This document shows, piece by piece, positions 31,163 to 42,818 of a stretch of DNA of 64,000 nucleotides (position 1 is its first letter; every line of letters starts with the position of its first letter). Source of the stretch: an uncultured Gemmatimonadales bacterium (lineage in GTDB: Bacteria; Gemmatimonadota; Gemmatimonadetes; Gemmatimonadales; GWC2-71-9). Under the pieces are notes generated by a model that worked only from the letters and a program-made list of their open reading frames with translations, did no database searches and had not been told where the DNA came from. The position numbers were made by a program, and so were the translations under genes. The stretch covers positions 21,730 to 85,729 of the forward strand of contig CAVOGR010000003.1 of NCBI GenBank assembly GCA_963695555.1, read 5' to 3'.

Positions 31163-32424
31163 TCACTTCGGCCGGGTTCCACTCCCCCCGCGCCACGGCG
31201 GGCACGAACGACTCGAGCTCCGGCGGCGGGAAAGGCGATGGTCTTCTCCTGCTCGGCGCTCATGTAGGCCGTCATAAGCAGCTCGGCCACGTTGACGCCG
31301 TCGCCGAAGTTCTCGCTCGGGCGCTCACCCGGCGAGGAACGACCGGACCATGTGGCGGTTCTCGCCCGATGTAGCCGTACTCGGCCTCCTCGTCGCTCAC
31401 GATCGGCATGAGCCCCATTTCGGCGTTCTGCTTCTCGACCAGGTCTTCGCCGGCATCGACCCTGACCTCCCGGCTGAAGAAGACCTTGGGCCCGGCATCC
31501 AGCGTGTTGATCGACATCGAGTACTCGGGCCCCAGCAGCTCCATGCTCAGACGCAGGCCGGCGCCGACGAAGCACCACGAGGTCGTCGCCTCGACGATCC
31601 GCTCGTTCCCGTCGGCATCGCGGTACTCCACCAACGCGCGGGCGAAGTCCTCCGCGGGGCGGTTGACGTAGTCGGTCTTGCCGCCGCTCCGCTCGGCCAG
31701 GATGTCGGCGTAGTGCGGCTGCTGCCACTTCAGACACGAGGTGTAGGCCGTGACCTTGACCGGCGTCAGCGCGCTCCTCGGCGCGCCGGGCGGCGTCGAG
31801 CAGAAACCGCGCCACCTCCACCGAGTGGCACATCATGTCGTTCAGCACACCGCCGCCCTGGAGCTCCCCGTCCCAGAACCACGGCATGTGCGGCCCGCTG
31901 TGCTCCTCCGCCGCGCGCGCCAGGTAGGGTCGGCCCGGTCGAGCGCCGCACCGCGGCTCCAGACGATCTCCTTGCCGCGCACCACGCCCGGGCGAGAAGA
32001 GCTGGTTCTCGAGGTAGCCGTCGAGCAGGCCGACCTGCTGGACCAGCTCGAGCATCCTGCGCGCTTCCGCGGCGTTGCGTCCGAGCGGCTTCTCGCACGC
32101 CACACCCGACGCAGCTCGCCCTTGCCGGACTCGATGGCGTCGGACGATCTCCTCCATCACCTCGACCCGGGTGAAGTTGGGCGAGCAGATCCAGAGTGCG
32201 TCGATGCCGGGATCGGCCACCATCTCGGTGACCGAGCGATAGACCTGGGCGTCGCCGACGCCGAGCTTGCGCGCCAGGCGCCGCCGCCTCTCGCGCCGTC
32301 TCCATCGCGCCGACTCACGACGCCGAGCACGTCCGCGTTCCGCACGCCCACGAACGAGCGGATATGAAAGCGGCTCGACGAATCCACCGCCGACGATGCC
32401 GACACCCAAGTCGCCTTCTGTCAT
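31163..32424 (-). CDS. Gfo/Idh/MocA oxidoreductase (frameshifted)
   Basis: VGIVGGGF, DALWICSPN, ACEKPL, GGGVLNDMMCH. Confidence 0.85.
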
Positions 32425-32475
32425 GCCACGTCGTCCTTTCCTTCGTTCGACTGCTCTGTTACCGCATCCATATGG

Positions 32476-33706
32476 CTAGGCCGCCTTCGCCTGGATTCGG
32501 CGCCGACTCCTCGCGGAAGAAGAGCAGGAACGCCACCGCACACACGACCGTCAGGGCACACGGGCACCAGGAACACGTAGGTCCAGTTGGTGCCTCCGGT
32601 CGTGGTGAACAGGTCACGGATCTTGCCCGGCGAAGAGGCTGCCCAGGAACCGCCCGAGCCCGAGCGCGACGATGGCGATGAGGCTCTGCGCCGAGGCCCG
32701 GATGTCCGGCGGTGCCACCTTGTCCACGTAGATGAAGGCCGCGACGAAGAAGAAGACGTAGCAGAAGCCGTGCGAGCGCCAGCGAGGCGATCACCAGCCA
32801 GGCGGGCGCTGCCGATCGCAGAAGATCACGTAGCGGATCGGCCAGGCGATGACGCCGAAGGCCAGCGTCTTCCGCATGCCGTACTTCTTCAGGAAGCGCG
32901 ACAGCAGGAACGCCATGACGAAGATCTCGGCGAGCTGCGCCGATGGTCATCACCCACGGCGACCCAGGTGCTCGACACGCCGATCTGTCCGACTCGAGGA
33001 ACGGCGCCGTCAGGATGTAGTAGAACTCGCAGCTCGGTCGCGACCACGAAGGTGATGCCGACGAAGATGGCGAACTGCTTCGCCTTGAGCATCTTGAGCG
33101 ATTCGAGGAACGCCCACGGCTTGACCCCCTCCTTCTGCGGGCGGCGTGTGCGGCAGGGTGAACGACTGCACGCCCATGATGAGCGAGGCGACGCCGGCCA
33201 GCAGCAGCATGTCGCCCGCGCACCGACGGAGCACCGTGGCCGGTCCGCCAGCCAGCGCCAGCCGGTGAGCGTCCACCCGGCCGCGATCCACCCGAGCGTG
33301 CCCCACACGCGAATCCCGCCGAACTCCTCCTCGGAGTCCTTCAGGTTGATCATGGCGATGGAATTGGTGAGCGCCAGCGTCGGGGCATAGAGCAGGCAGT
33401 AGACCAGCATCAGCCCGAACATCAAGCCGTAGTCGGTCGTCCGCGGACGACCGCGATCAGCAGGATGCCCCCGGTGAACGCCAGAAACCCGATCACCTTC
33501 TCGGAGGCGAAGTACCGATCCGCCAGCTGCCCGCCGATGAACGGCGCGATGATCGTCGCCAGCGGCAGCAGGGCGTAGATCCAGCCGACCTGCCCGCCGC
33601 TCATGCCGAGGTCGTTGATCAGATACGACGACAGCACCGGGGCCCACGCGCCCCAGATGGCGTACTGCAGGAACATCATCATGCCGAGCCGGGTCTTGGA
33701 GCTCAC
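32476..33706 (-). CDS. MFS nucleoside/sugar:H+ symporter (NupG-like; frameshifted)
   Basis: MMFLQYAIWGAW, GQLADRYF, PTLALTNSI, IRVWGTLGWI. Confidence 0.85.
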
Positions 33707-35313
33707 ACGATCCTCCGCGCGATCGGATCCCACTCGACCTTCCGGCCTTCGAGATACGACCGGGTGGCCATGTGACAGGTAATGGCTTCCTCGAAGCCCC
33801 GGTCGATGTTGCAGCTCGTCTCACCGCCGTTGCGGATGACGTCCAGCCACTCGGCGATATTGCAGGTGATAGGCCGACACCCGCCGCCCGCCGCGGTAGG
33901 TGTAGAGCAGACCGCGGGTCACGAAGTACTCCTCGGTCGCCGAGGTCACGGCGTCGATGCCCTTGAACCCGGGTCGATACGTGAACATCGGCCGGGAGGT
34001 GTTGATGACGCCGTCCTTGATCTTCTTCTCGTAGCGGGTCGACTCGCCGTCGGCCGTCACGGTCAGGTCGCCGCTCACCCGCATGGACGCGTCGTGTCCC
34101 ATGAACATGAGCCCGCGGTAGTTGCCGTTGGCCAGCGTCGCGCTGTAGACGAAGGTGAGGTCGCGGTCCGGATACTCGTAGACCGCCTGGAACACGTCCG
34201 GCACGTCGCGTCCGTCCTTGAAGTAGTAGATCCCCCCGGAGGCGACCGCCGACTTTGGTATGCCCACCTGGAGGATCTGATTCACCCCGTCGTATTCGTG
34301 TGACAGCAGATCACCCGCGAGTCCGGTGCCGTAGTCGTACCAGCACCGCCACCGGAAGAACCGCTCGAGGCTGAACGGCACCTTATTGGGGGCGGGGCCC
34401 TGGAACAGCTCCCAGTCGATCGTCTGGGGGTTCCCCTCCTCGTGGATGTCCCACACCCAGGCGCCCCACGGCGAGTTCCGGTTGGTGGTGCCCTCGACCA
34501 GCGTGATCGGGACCCAGAATGTTGGCCTCGATGACCTCTCGGGCCTTGTTGTGCGCCTCGGACTGGCGATTCTGGTGGCCGAGCTGGAAGACGATGTTGG
34601 AACTCTTGACCGCGTCGTACATGCGCGTGCGCTTCTTCTTCCGTTCGCGTCATGCACTTCTCGCAGTACACGTGCACGCCTTCGGCCGCGGCGGCGATCG
34701 TCATCCGCGAGTGCCAGTGATCGGGCGTCGCGATGATCACCGCGTCCACGTCGCCACTCTGCAGCAGGTCGCCGTAGTGGCGGTATCGCTTGGCGGGCTG
34801 CCGGGCGCTACCGGCTCCCGGCCGCGCCTCCACCGTCGAGGCGGCGATTCCACGCTCGGCTCGCACGTCGAACACGTCGCACACGGCCGTGATCGCGACG
34901 TTCAGGTCGTCCTGGCCGAGATAGGTCACCAGGGCCTTGTTGCGCGGGTTCTTCCGCGCCTCCTCACGCTGCTCTTCCACCCAGTCGGGATGGGCGAATC
35001 CGGCGTGCCGGACCAGGGACTCCCCCTCCCCGCCGAACCCGATGATGCCGACCCGTACCCGCTGACTGGGTGGTCGCGACATCGCGTCCTTGATGAACGC
35101 CGGCCCTCCCTCGGTCACGCCCAGCTCCTCGAGGATCGCACGCTTCTTGGCGTCCTCGATCGATTTCTTCTCGAGATAGCTGTAGGCGAAGGCCCCAACG
35201 AAGGGGACTGAGACCAGCGCCTTGAGCAGTCCGCGGCGGCTCAGCCCCGCCGGCGGCGAGGGCGGAGGCGGGGTCTGGGGCTCGCTCTGATCGGTCGTGC
35301 GTTCGTCGGTCAT
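33703..35313 (-). CDS. Gfo/Idh/MocA oxidoreductase with Tat-like leader (frameshifted)
   Basis: LSRRGLLK, VGIIGFGG, IATPDHWH, YCEKC, WRCWYDYGTGLAGDLLSH. Confidence 0.85.
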
Positions 35314-35325
35314 CGTCGCGTCTCC

Positions 35326-35865
35326 TCAGGCCCGGGCCTGCTGCTGGGTCAAGTCTTCACTGCCGCGATTCCACGGCACGAGCCGGTCCAGTCCCCACAG
35401 CTTACCGGTCGGGAACGCGAGGAGTACGGCCAGCGCCACCATTTCGATCAGGACCTTGTTTACGACCAGGTAGCTGCCTTCGGTCGGCATGCCATAGCTG
35501 TAGCCGACGAACGGCGGGGCGGCGACGTAGTACAGGAACAGGAGCACGATCCCGGCGACGGTGGCGGTCCGGGTGAAGAGTCCGAACATGAGGCCGAGCC
35601 CGATCAAGAGCAGTCCCCAGGCATTCAGGTAATCGACCACCGTGAGGAGCGTCGGGTTGGCGGCGATGTCCAGGAAGACACTACTGAACCACCACTTGGA
35701 TTCCGCCAGGTACCCGGCTGACGTCCAATACGGGTTCGTCAGCTTGGCCAGACCCTCGTAGGTGAAGTGCCAGCCGATGAGGATTCTGAGGACTACCAGC
35801 GTCGTGGTCTGGAATCGCGAGTATCCTCGCATCCCCCAGGTTCCAACTGTCTCGCCTCGCATCAT
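35326..35865 (-). CDS. DoxX/DoxD-like membrane protein
   Basis: LRILIGWHFTYEG..K, GLLLIGLGLMFGLFTR, GLDR. Confidence 0.82.
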   Translation of the reverse strand: MMRGETVGTWGMRGYSRFQTTTLVVLRILIGWHFTYEGLAKLTNPYWTSAGYLAESKWWFSSVFLDIAANPTLLTVVDYLNAWGLLLIGLGLMFGLFTRTATVAGIVLLFLYYVAAPPFVGYSYGMPTEGSYLVVNKVLIEMVALAVLLAFPTGKLWGLDRLVPWNRGSEDLTQQQARA

Positions 35866-36916
35866 GCCTCCGCCGCTTCCACGTTATCGGCCGGCGCACT
35901 CCTCCAGCCACGGGACCGGACCTGCTGCCCGTCCCGATCGATGATCAGACATTCACAATCCGGCAACTCGTCCACGAACCGAACGCCCTGTGCTGGCCCC
36001 ATCACGAAGACGGTCGTGGCCAGTGCGTCCGCCGCCATGGTCGACGGCGCCACGACCGACACGCTCGCGCACTCGTTGGGTGAGCGTCCAGTAGTCGCGC
36101 TCACGATATGATGCACCAGGCGATCGCGGTCGAAGTAGATCTCGTAGCTGCCCGAGGTGGCCACGGCGCCGTCGGTCAGGTGAATCGTGTCGGGGTAACT
36201 CCCGTCCTTGGTGGGATTCTGGACCGCTACCGTCCACGGACGTCGCTCTTCTTTGGTTCCGGACGTCCGGATGTCGCCACCGGCGTTGATCAGGTAGTTG
36301 TCGAGCTTGTGCCGCCCGAGCACACCGGCGATGGCATCGACGATGTAGCCCTTGGCGATGCCGTCCAACGTGATGGCCATGCCGGGCCGCTCGAAGTCGA
36401 CCCGTGTGCCGGTCACGTCGAATGTGCGCCGCACCGACCAGGTCGAGTGCCTCCCGGAGCTCCGCCGCCGACGGCTCCGCGGGCACCAAGGCGGTCATCC
36501 GCTCTCTGAAGAGGTCGACGACCGGCGCCACCGAAATGTCGAACGCGCCCCGACTCAGCTGGTGGATCGCGTGTGACCGGGAGAGCACGTGGAGAAACTC
36601 GGGTGGTGCTCCGTCGATCCGCCCGACGTCGTTGAGATACATGATGGCGGAGGCCGAGTCGTATCGGCTGAAGATGGCGATCAGCCGATCCATCTCGTCG
36701 AACGCCCGGCCGATCGCCTCTTCGGCGCGGTGCTGAGAGGGCGCGAGCACCGATACCGCCACGACGGTTCCCATGGCGGCACGGCTCTGGGTGACCTTGT
36801 AGGTCCGACGACTCAGGCGGACGGCTGCGGTGGTGACCGGTGACGGCGTCCACGCGCTCGAAGCCCAGCCGCTGGAGGGCGGCGAGCTTGCCTCGGATAT
36901 GCGCTGTCTCGTGCAT
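35862..36916 (-). CDS. apbE: FAD:protein FMN transferase (frameshifted)
   Basis: [43 protein letters not shown]. Confidence 0.88.
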
Positions 36917-36979
36917 GAATGCTCGAGGTTGCGACTGGGTGATGGGATGTTGCGAATATACGACTAAACGGCGTGTCGG

Positions 36980-37921
36980 CTAGCGGTATTGTCCTTCCAG
37001 TGAGCTCCGGACGCGCTCGAGCAGTGCCTTGGTCGCCCGGATGCCGTCCGGCTCGCTCAACGCCTGTCCTTCGTACTCGATGCCGATGTGGCCACGGTAC
37101 CCGGCGTCGAGGACGACCCGGAGCATCCGCGTGGAAGTCCGTCTCGACCACGTTGCCGGACGGGTCGAAGTCATAGGACTTGGCGCTCACCGCCTTGGCA
37201 AACGGCATGAGCTCCGCCACGCCCTGGTAGCGGTCGTACCACTCGTCCTCGGCCAGCTTGAAGTTGCCGAAGTCCGGCAGCGTGCCGCAGCGGGGGTGAT
37301 CCACCGCTGGATGACGCTCGCGAGCCAGGCCCCGTTCGACGAGAGGCCGCCGTGGTTCTCCACGAGGACGTTGATCTCACGCTGCGGCGGCGAATTCGGT
37401 GAGCCGGCGGAGCCCATCGGCGGCCAGCCGGCGCTGTTCGTCAGGTGAGCCTGCCGACTGGGCGTTGACCCGGATCGAGTGGCATCCCAGGAACTGTGCC
37501 GCGTCCACCCAGCGATAGTGGTTCTCGACCGCCGTGCGCTACGGGCCGCGTCGTCTGGATCGCCAATGGCACCCTCGCCGTCGCACATGATGAGGAGGTT
37601 GGCGACGCCGTGGTCCTGAGCCCGGTCCTTGAGCTCCTGCAGATAGGCCCGGTCCTGTGCCTTGTCCTTGAAGAAGGAATTGACGTACTCGACGGCCTCG
37701 ATCCCGTAGTCGCGGTGCGCGGTTGCCGGGAAGTCGAGGTTGTCGAGCTCCCCGGCGTACAGTGCCCGATGGAGCGACCACTGGGCGAGCGATATCCGGA
37801 AGAGCGGTTCGTCGCGGGTCCGGGTGCATGAAAGCAGCGTCAGCGGCTCGAGCAAGCCCAGCGCGGGCAGAATGCCCCCGGAGATTTCAACGAATCGACG
37901 ACGGGACAACGGCTGCGACAC
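36980..37921 (-). CDS. Sugar phosphate isomerase/epimerase (xylose isomerase-like TIM barrel), Tat leader (frameshifted)
   Basis: [45 protein letters not shown]. Confidence 0.85.
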
Positions 37922-37932
37922 CGAGGCCTCCT

Positions 37933-37990
37933 CACTCCTTTACTCTCTACTCCCTACGCCCTACTCCCTACTCCCTACTCCCTACTCCCC
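37933..37990 (+). repeat. (TACTCCC)n heptamer tandem repeat
   Basis: About eight degenerate units just upstream of the 37921 start. Confidence 0.85.
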
Positions 37991-38030
37991 GTAGTAAATC
38001 ATTCCCACACCGCACGGCAAGGGTCCCCAA

Positions 38031-38150
38031 GGCACGAGGGCCCGTTCAGAGTGTCTGAACGCGCCCTCGTGCCGCCTCGAACCTTCCTGCGTCGCACTGC
38101 CCTAACGCAGGAGAGCCCGTTCAGAGTGTCTGAACGGGCCCTCGTGCCGC
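38031..38150. terminator. Duplicated hairpin (probable terminator) downstream of lipoprotein gene
   Basis: gcccgttcagagtgtctgaacg(c/g)gccctcgtgccgc occurs twice; the first copy forms a 20-bp stem with one mismatch. Confidence 0.55.
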
Positions 38151-38177
38151 TCGGAATGCGAAGCGAGCTCTCGTCGG

Positions 38178-39140
38178 TTACTTGACCACGGTGAGCCCGA
38201 ACGGCATGTCGAACCGTCCCACCTCGGTCACTTGCGGCTTCCCCTTGGTCGGCAGCTGGCAGAGGATCGCGGATGTGCCCTCGAGCGTCCAGGTGATGCC
38301 GTCGAGGGCATGAGCCAGCGTCAACCGGTTTCCTGTCACGTCATTATTCTCGCAATCAAAGCCGAACCTGAGGAACCAGTTGAAGCCCTTGCCGCTCGCA
38401 TCGGGCCGGACCCAGGTCACCTGGGCGCGGGTGGTCGTGGTGCTTCCCGGAACCATCAAGAGGGGCTCCACGCCAGGATCGGCCGTGCTGAAATAGCCGT
38501 CGTCGCACACATCGGCAGGCAGTCCTGGCTGATCGGGGAAATCGAAGCAGAACTTGCGGTCGCTGGTGGCGACGCGTGCATCCACGAACAGATTACCGAT
38601 CGCGAGGATGACGGCGTCGGTATACGCGCCGGCCGAATCGCTCATGACACCGTCGCCCGCTGCGTCGCGGAAGGTGGCGCTCACCGGTGTGTCGCTGGGT
38701 GCTCCCTTCTGCTTCACGCTGAAGAGTTCGGACCCGATCCCTTTCTTGCCTCGAAACGTCATGACCTCGACGTCGTACAGGGCCACGTCGGCCTCGAGCG
38801 GGATCTTGATGTGCGCCTTGAGCCGAGTGTCATCGACGAACGTCGTCGAATCGACGGTGACGAGGGACGTGCCTCCCGGTAAGACCCAGCTGGCCTCCGA
38901 GCCATCGTCGAACCCCGACCCTATGACGTCCACTGTCAGCATCGTGTCCTGCGGTGCCTCGCTGGGATCGGCCTGGTCCACGTTCACCTTGACACCCGGG
39001 CCGCCGCCGCCGCCCTTGGCGGCGAGTATGGCGGTGTCAGTCGGGCTGGTCGGCTGCGATTCGGTGCAGGCCAGGAGGCCAACCACCAGCCACCCAACGG
39101 CCACCATGCCGCGATATGGAAGAAGATGCCGCTTCGTCAT
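38178..39140 (-). CDS. Hypothetical lipoprotein with beta-rich/Ig-like domains
   Basis: LLAC lipobox, AKGGGGGPG linker; GGAGG RBS; intact 320-aa ORF. Confidence 0.8.
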   Translation of the reverse strand: MTKRHLLPYRGMVAVGWLVVGLLACTESQPTSPTDTAILAAKGGGGGPGVKVNVDQADPSEAPQDTMLTVDVIGSGFDDGSEASWVLPGGTSLVTVDSTTFVDDTRLKAHIKIPLEADVALYDVEVMTFRGKKGIGSELFSVKQKGAPSDTPVSATFRDAAGDGVMSDSAGAYTDAVILAIGNLFVDARVATSDRKFCFDFPDQPGLPADVCDDGYFSTADPGVEPLLMVPGSTTTTRAQVTWVRPDASGKGFNWFLRFGFDCENNDVTGNRLTLAHALDGITWTLEGTSAILCQLPTKGKPQVTEVGRFDMPFGLTVVK

Positions 39141-39183
39141 GGGGACCTCCCCGTAGTGGACCTCGAGGCGAGGTGAACAGGAG

Positions 39184-42176
39184 TCACAGAGTCTGTCGCT
39201 TTCTTAATGGCACGGATGTTCCCGCCCGAGTGTGCGCCTGCCGGTGGCCGTTGTAGCCGGCCAGCTGGTAGGTGGCCCAGTAATACGCGGCAGCCGTACC
39301 GCTCGTGGGCCAGCATGGCGCGCTGGGCCCGGGCCAGCGCGTGGGCGGGAGAACGTCCCGTCAAATTCCGATAGAACTGCTCGGCGAATGCCGCCGCCCC
39401 GGCGTCTTCCACCGGCCAGAGCGTCGCGATGACACTGCCCGCACCCGCGTGGAGGAACGCCTGGGCCAGAGTCGTGTAATCCTCGCCCTGCACGAAGGCG
39501 GTCGAATGGGCCGCTCCGACTCCGGTCTCACAGCCGGAGAGAAAGACCAGCTGCGCGTGGATGGGGAGGTTCAAGCAGTTCGTGCACCTCGAGTCGCCCG
39601 TCGTCCGCCGGATCGCCACCATTGTTGCGCGCCAACTCGAGCCGGGAGAACATCGGGTTCTGCGCATTCAGGATGCCGTGGGTGGCCACATGCACCAGGC
39701 CCGAACCTGCAAGCGCGGTCCGTACGGTCCGCTCGGTCGCTCGGGAACCCAGATATCGGCTGATCCTCGCGTCCTCCGCACGCACGGCCCCGACCTCGCG
39801 CCGAGTGCCGGGCAGCCGATCGGGGAACGGCGCGAAGGCCGAGACCGCGAGCGTGCCCTCCGCCTTATCGGTCTTGCGATCGGCCAGCACGGGAAGCGCG
39901 GCCGCGGAAGGGAGAACCCGCAGCGAGAAGTCCTGCACCAGGTAGCGGCCGGTGGTTCGATCCTTGAGTGCCGCAAAGGGCAGGTAGACCAGCACCTGAT
40001 GCGGCACGATCATGAGTTCATGCGCGTCGCTCAACAATCCGGCACCCAGCAGCGGCTCGATCAACGCCTCGTGCAGCGCTTCGAGCACGCGGTCGAGACG
40101 CTCCCCGCGCGCCATCGTTTCTCGCCATCAACTCGCGCGCGAGCCGCACCCGGCTGGCGACGTTCTTCACGCTGACCGGGCTCTCCAGGGCATGGACCCG
40201 ATCGCGCGTCACGAGAAAGACGACCACCTGACCTTCCAGCGGGACGAAGTACTCGATCAAGAGCTGCCCCGGACCGAGCGCCGCGCGGACAGCCGCGACA
40301 TCGGGACGAGCGGCGCCTAGGAAGGCGGCCGCATCGCGGTCCGTTTCCGCCGCCTGCACCAGGAAGCCCTCGTACTCGCGTCGGGCCCGTTTCAACCGAT
40401 CATAGAGGAACGCCAGTTCCCGCGACTCATCCGGGCTGAGGTCACTCGTAGGGGTCTCTTCGATGTAGTCGATGCTCTCCACCAGGCGGTCGATCTCGCT
40501 CAGCAACATCTCGCCGTCAGAGAAGGCCTCCGCGGGGGCGGAGTGAGCAGATGAGGCCTGTCCCGCAGCCGCCAGTCGCTCGAGCAGCACCCGTCCCCGG
40601 GCGGCGTCCGCCACGCCGAAGGCCTCGTCGATCCGACCCAGCCGAAGCAGCACCGAGATGAGGTGGGCATAGACCTCGCGCTTGTCCGCGACGAAAGCGG
40701 TCCGCAACAAGCCCGAGCTGAAGTTGCCCCGGACCCCTTCGACCGTCGCCAGGGCGCGGCGTCCGGCCACGGCGGCCTCCTGAGTCCGTCCGAGTCGCTC
40801 AAGCGCGCGCGACTCGAGCAGCCGTGCTTCCCACTCGGCGGCGTAGCCGCCGCGCGCCAAATCGGGCTCGATGCGCTCGATGACCGTGAGGACTTCACGA
40901 GGGCGCCGCTGCCGGTCCGCGATTCTGGCCTCGGTGAGACCCAGTTCGACCCGAGCGACACGCGCACCGACATCGCTCGCCACGGCTCGCGCCTCCTGCC
41001 AACCGTCGCTGGACTGCCCCGTCGCCGTCCTCGAGCCGGTCGAGGATCTCGGCCAGGATCGTGAGGTCGCCGAGCACCTCCATCGGTGCCCCAATGGCGC
41101 GATGAATCTCCAGCGCCTCGAGTGCTGATGCGCGGGCCCGATCCAAGTCTCCCAACCGGACGTGGATGTCGGCCTCGCTCCGGAGGTCTACCCCGGTCTC
41201 GAGGTCGAGTCCCAATTCGGCGTTGATGGTCTGGGCCGAGTCGTACATCTCGAGCGCACGACGGAAGTCACCTGCCGCGCGATACAGGTCGGCCATCGCT
41301 TCGAGAATGCTGGCCTGTTCCTGCTCCAGCCCCTGTCGTGTTGCCAGGGTGAAAGCGCTGTCCAGCACGACAAACGCCTGCCCCGGGTCACCCAGGGCCA
41401 TGTACGCCATCCCGAGTTGCCCCAGGGCGCTCTGGACGCCGGTGGCGTAGTCGGCGACTTGATACCGGGCGAGCGCCTGCTGAAGGAGCGGGATCGCGGC
41501 GTTGGGGTCGCCCAGTCGAATCTCGAGCATGCCGAGGTTGGTGAGTGCGTTCCCTTCGAGCCGCGCATCGCCCAGCTCGGCCATGGTAACCTGCATCGCC
41601 TCAAAGCCCGTGCGGGCCTCCCGGAATTGTCCCAGCTCGGTCTGTACCAGCGCGAGGTTGCCGAGCGCAGTGGCTGCCGCGCGACGGTTCCCCGTCTCGC
41701 TGCGCAGCGGTGCCCGCCTTCCCGAACAACAGGACCGCGTCCGAGAGCCGGTTTTCGGTCCAGGCCAGGAGTCCGAGTGCATTGTATGAGCGGAAATACT
41801 GATCGGTGAGGGCGTGTTGCTGCTTGAGGGCAAGCGCCGCCTCACCGATGCGTCTGGCCTGCTGGTGATTGCCCAGCTTGTAGTGTGCCAGTCCGATCCA
41901 GGTGAGGGCCCTCGCCTCGGCGGCTACTGCGCCCTCTTGCTTTGCCCGTTCACGCACCTGCTCCAGGATGGCCGCGGCACTGTCGAACTTGCCGGCAAAG
42001 TAGATGGCCTCGACCGCGGCAAAGACCGAATCGTATCCGCTCTGGGTCGCGACGGAGTCCGTAGCACGTCCGCCGGTGTGCAGCCCTCCCACCACCGAGG
42101 CATCCCTGGTCTGATCGGAACAGGCCAGGATGCACGAGCAAGCCAAGAGCCATGCCAAGCGGGGGTGCACGGTCAT
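39184..42176 (-). CDS. TPR-CHAT (caspase-like) protease with lipoprotein-type signal (frameshifted)
   Basis: ILAC lipobox, many TPRs (ALGNLA, ALTNLG), ARGRVLLE, IVPH..LPFAAL, catalytic HVATHG and LSGCETG, ATLWPV, YYWATY. Confidence 0.88.
39207..39237 (-). promoter_or_regulatory. Putative ECF promoter, copy A
   Basis: GCGCAC-N14-ATCCGTGCCAT upstream of the 39140 lipoprotein. Confidence 0.65.
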
Positions 42177-42747
42177 GGTCGGATGGTGAATTCCCGGACT
42201 CCCGTGGTTGACGATCGGGCATCGTCGAGGAGCGCATCGACGTACCAGTAGTACCGACTGCCGGACTTGAGGTCGACGCCACGCGGCAGCACGAGGCTCG
42301 TGTCGGACGTCTCCGCGGTCCACACCACGTCGCCATTCTCGTCCGTCACGGTCAGGACGTAGTGCGCGTTCCGTGGCCCTCGCTCCGCCACAGGAAGATC
42401 AGGCTGTCCACAGATACCGGCGTCTTCTCGGCCGGCATCACGGCGCTGAATTGTCGGACACCTTCCGTGCCTGGTCCGCGGGTGGCCATTCCGTCGGGGC
42501 GCGTTCCTTGCCCCGGGAGGAGAACGAACAGGGCCACCGCCGCGGCGGCCGCCGGAATGGCGATGGCGATCCAGCGGCGTGGCCTCGGATCCGCGGTGAG
42601 TGCCGCCGCTTCGGCCACATCCCGTCGGCATTCGGCACACCCGACGAGATGGCGCTGCGCCGCTCGATGTTCTTCCGCCGAGGCCTCGTGGGCCAGGTAG
42701 GCGGCAATGAGTTCAGGGCTCAGATGCTGAGGGTCCGTCAAGGCCAT
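42173..42747 (-). CDS. zf-HC2 anti-sigma factor with one TM and extracytoplasmic beta domain (one frameshift)
   Basis: H-x(n)-HLVGCAEC zinc motif, TM WIAIAIPAAAAAVALFVLL, C-terminal YYWYVDAL. Confidence 0.85.
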
Positions 42748-42782
42748 ATCCTCTTTCCGATAATGGTGTTCCGTCTCTTCCT

Positions 42783-42814
42783 ATGAAACGGATATGGCAG
42801 CCCTGGAGGTGCGC
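42783..42814 (-). promoter_or_regulatory. Putative ECF promoter, copy B
   Basis: GCGCAC-N15-ATCCGTTTCAT between sigma and anti-sigma. Confidence 0.65.
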
Positions 42815-42818
42815 CGGT

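Noticed and set aside
30436..32424. 662-aa Gfo/Idh/MocA-DUF1080 fusion ORF
   Set aside because: Patchwork of in- and out-of-frame segments through an intergenic region.
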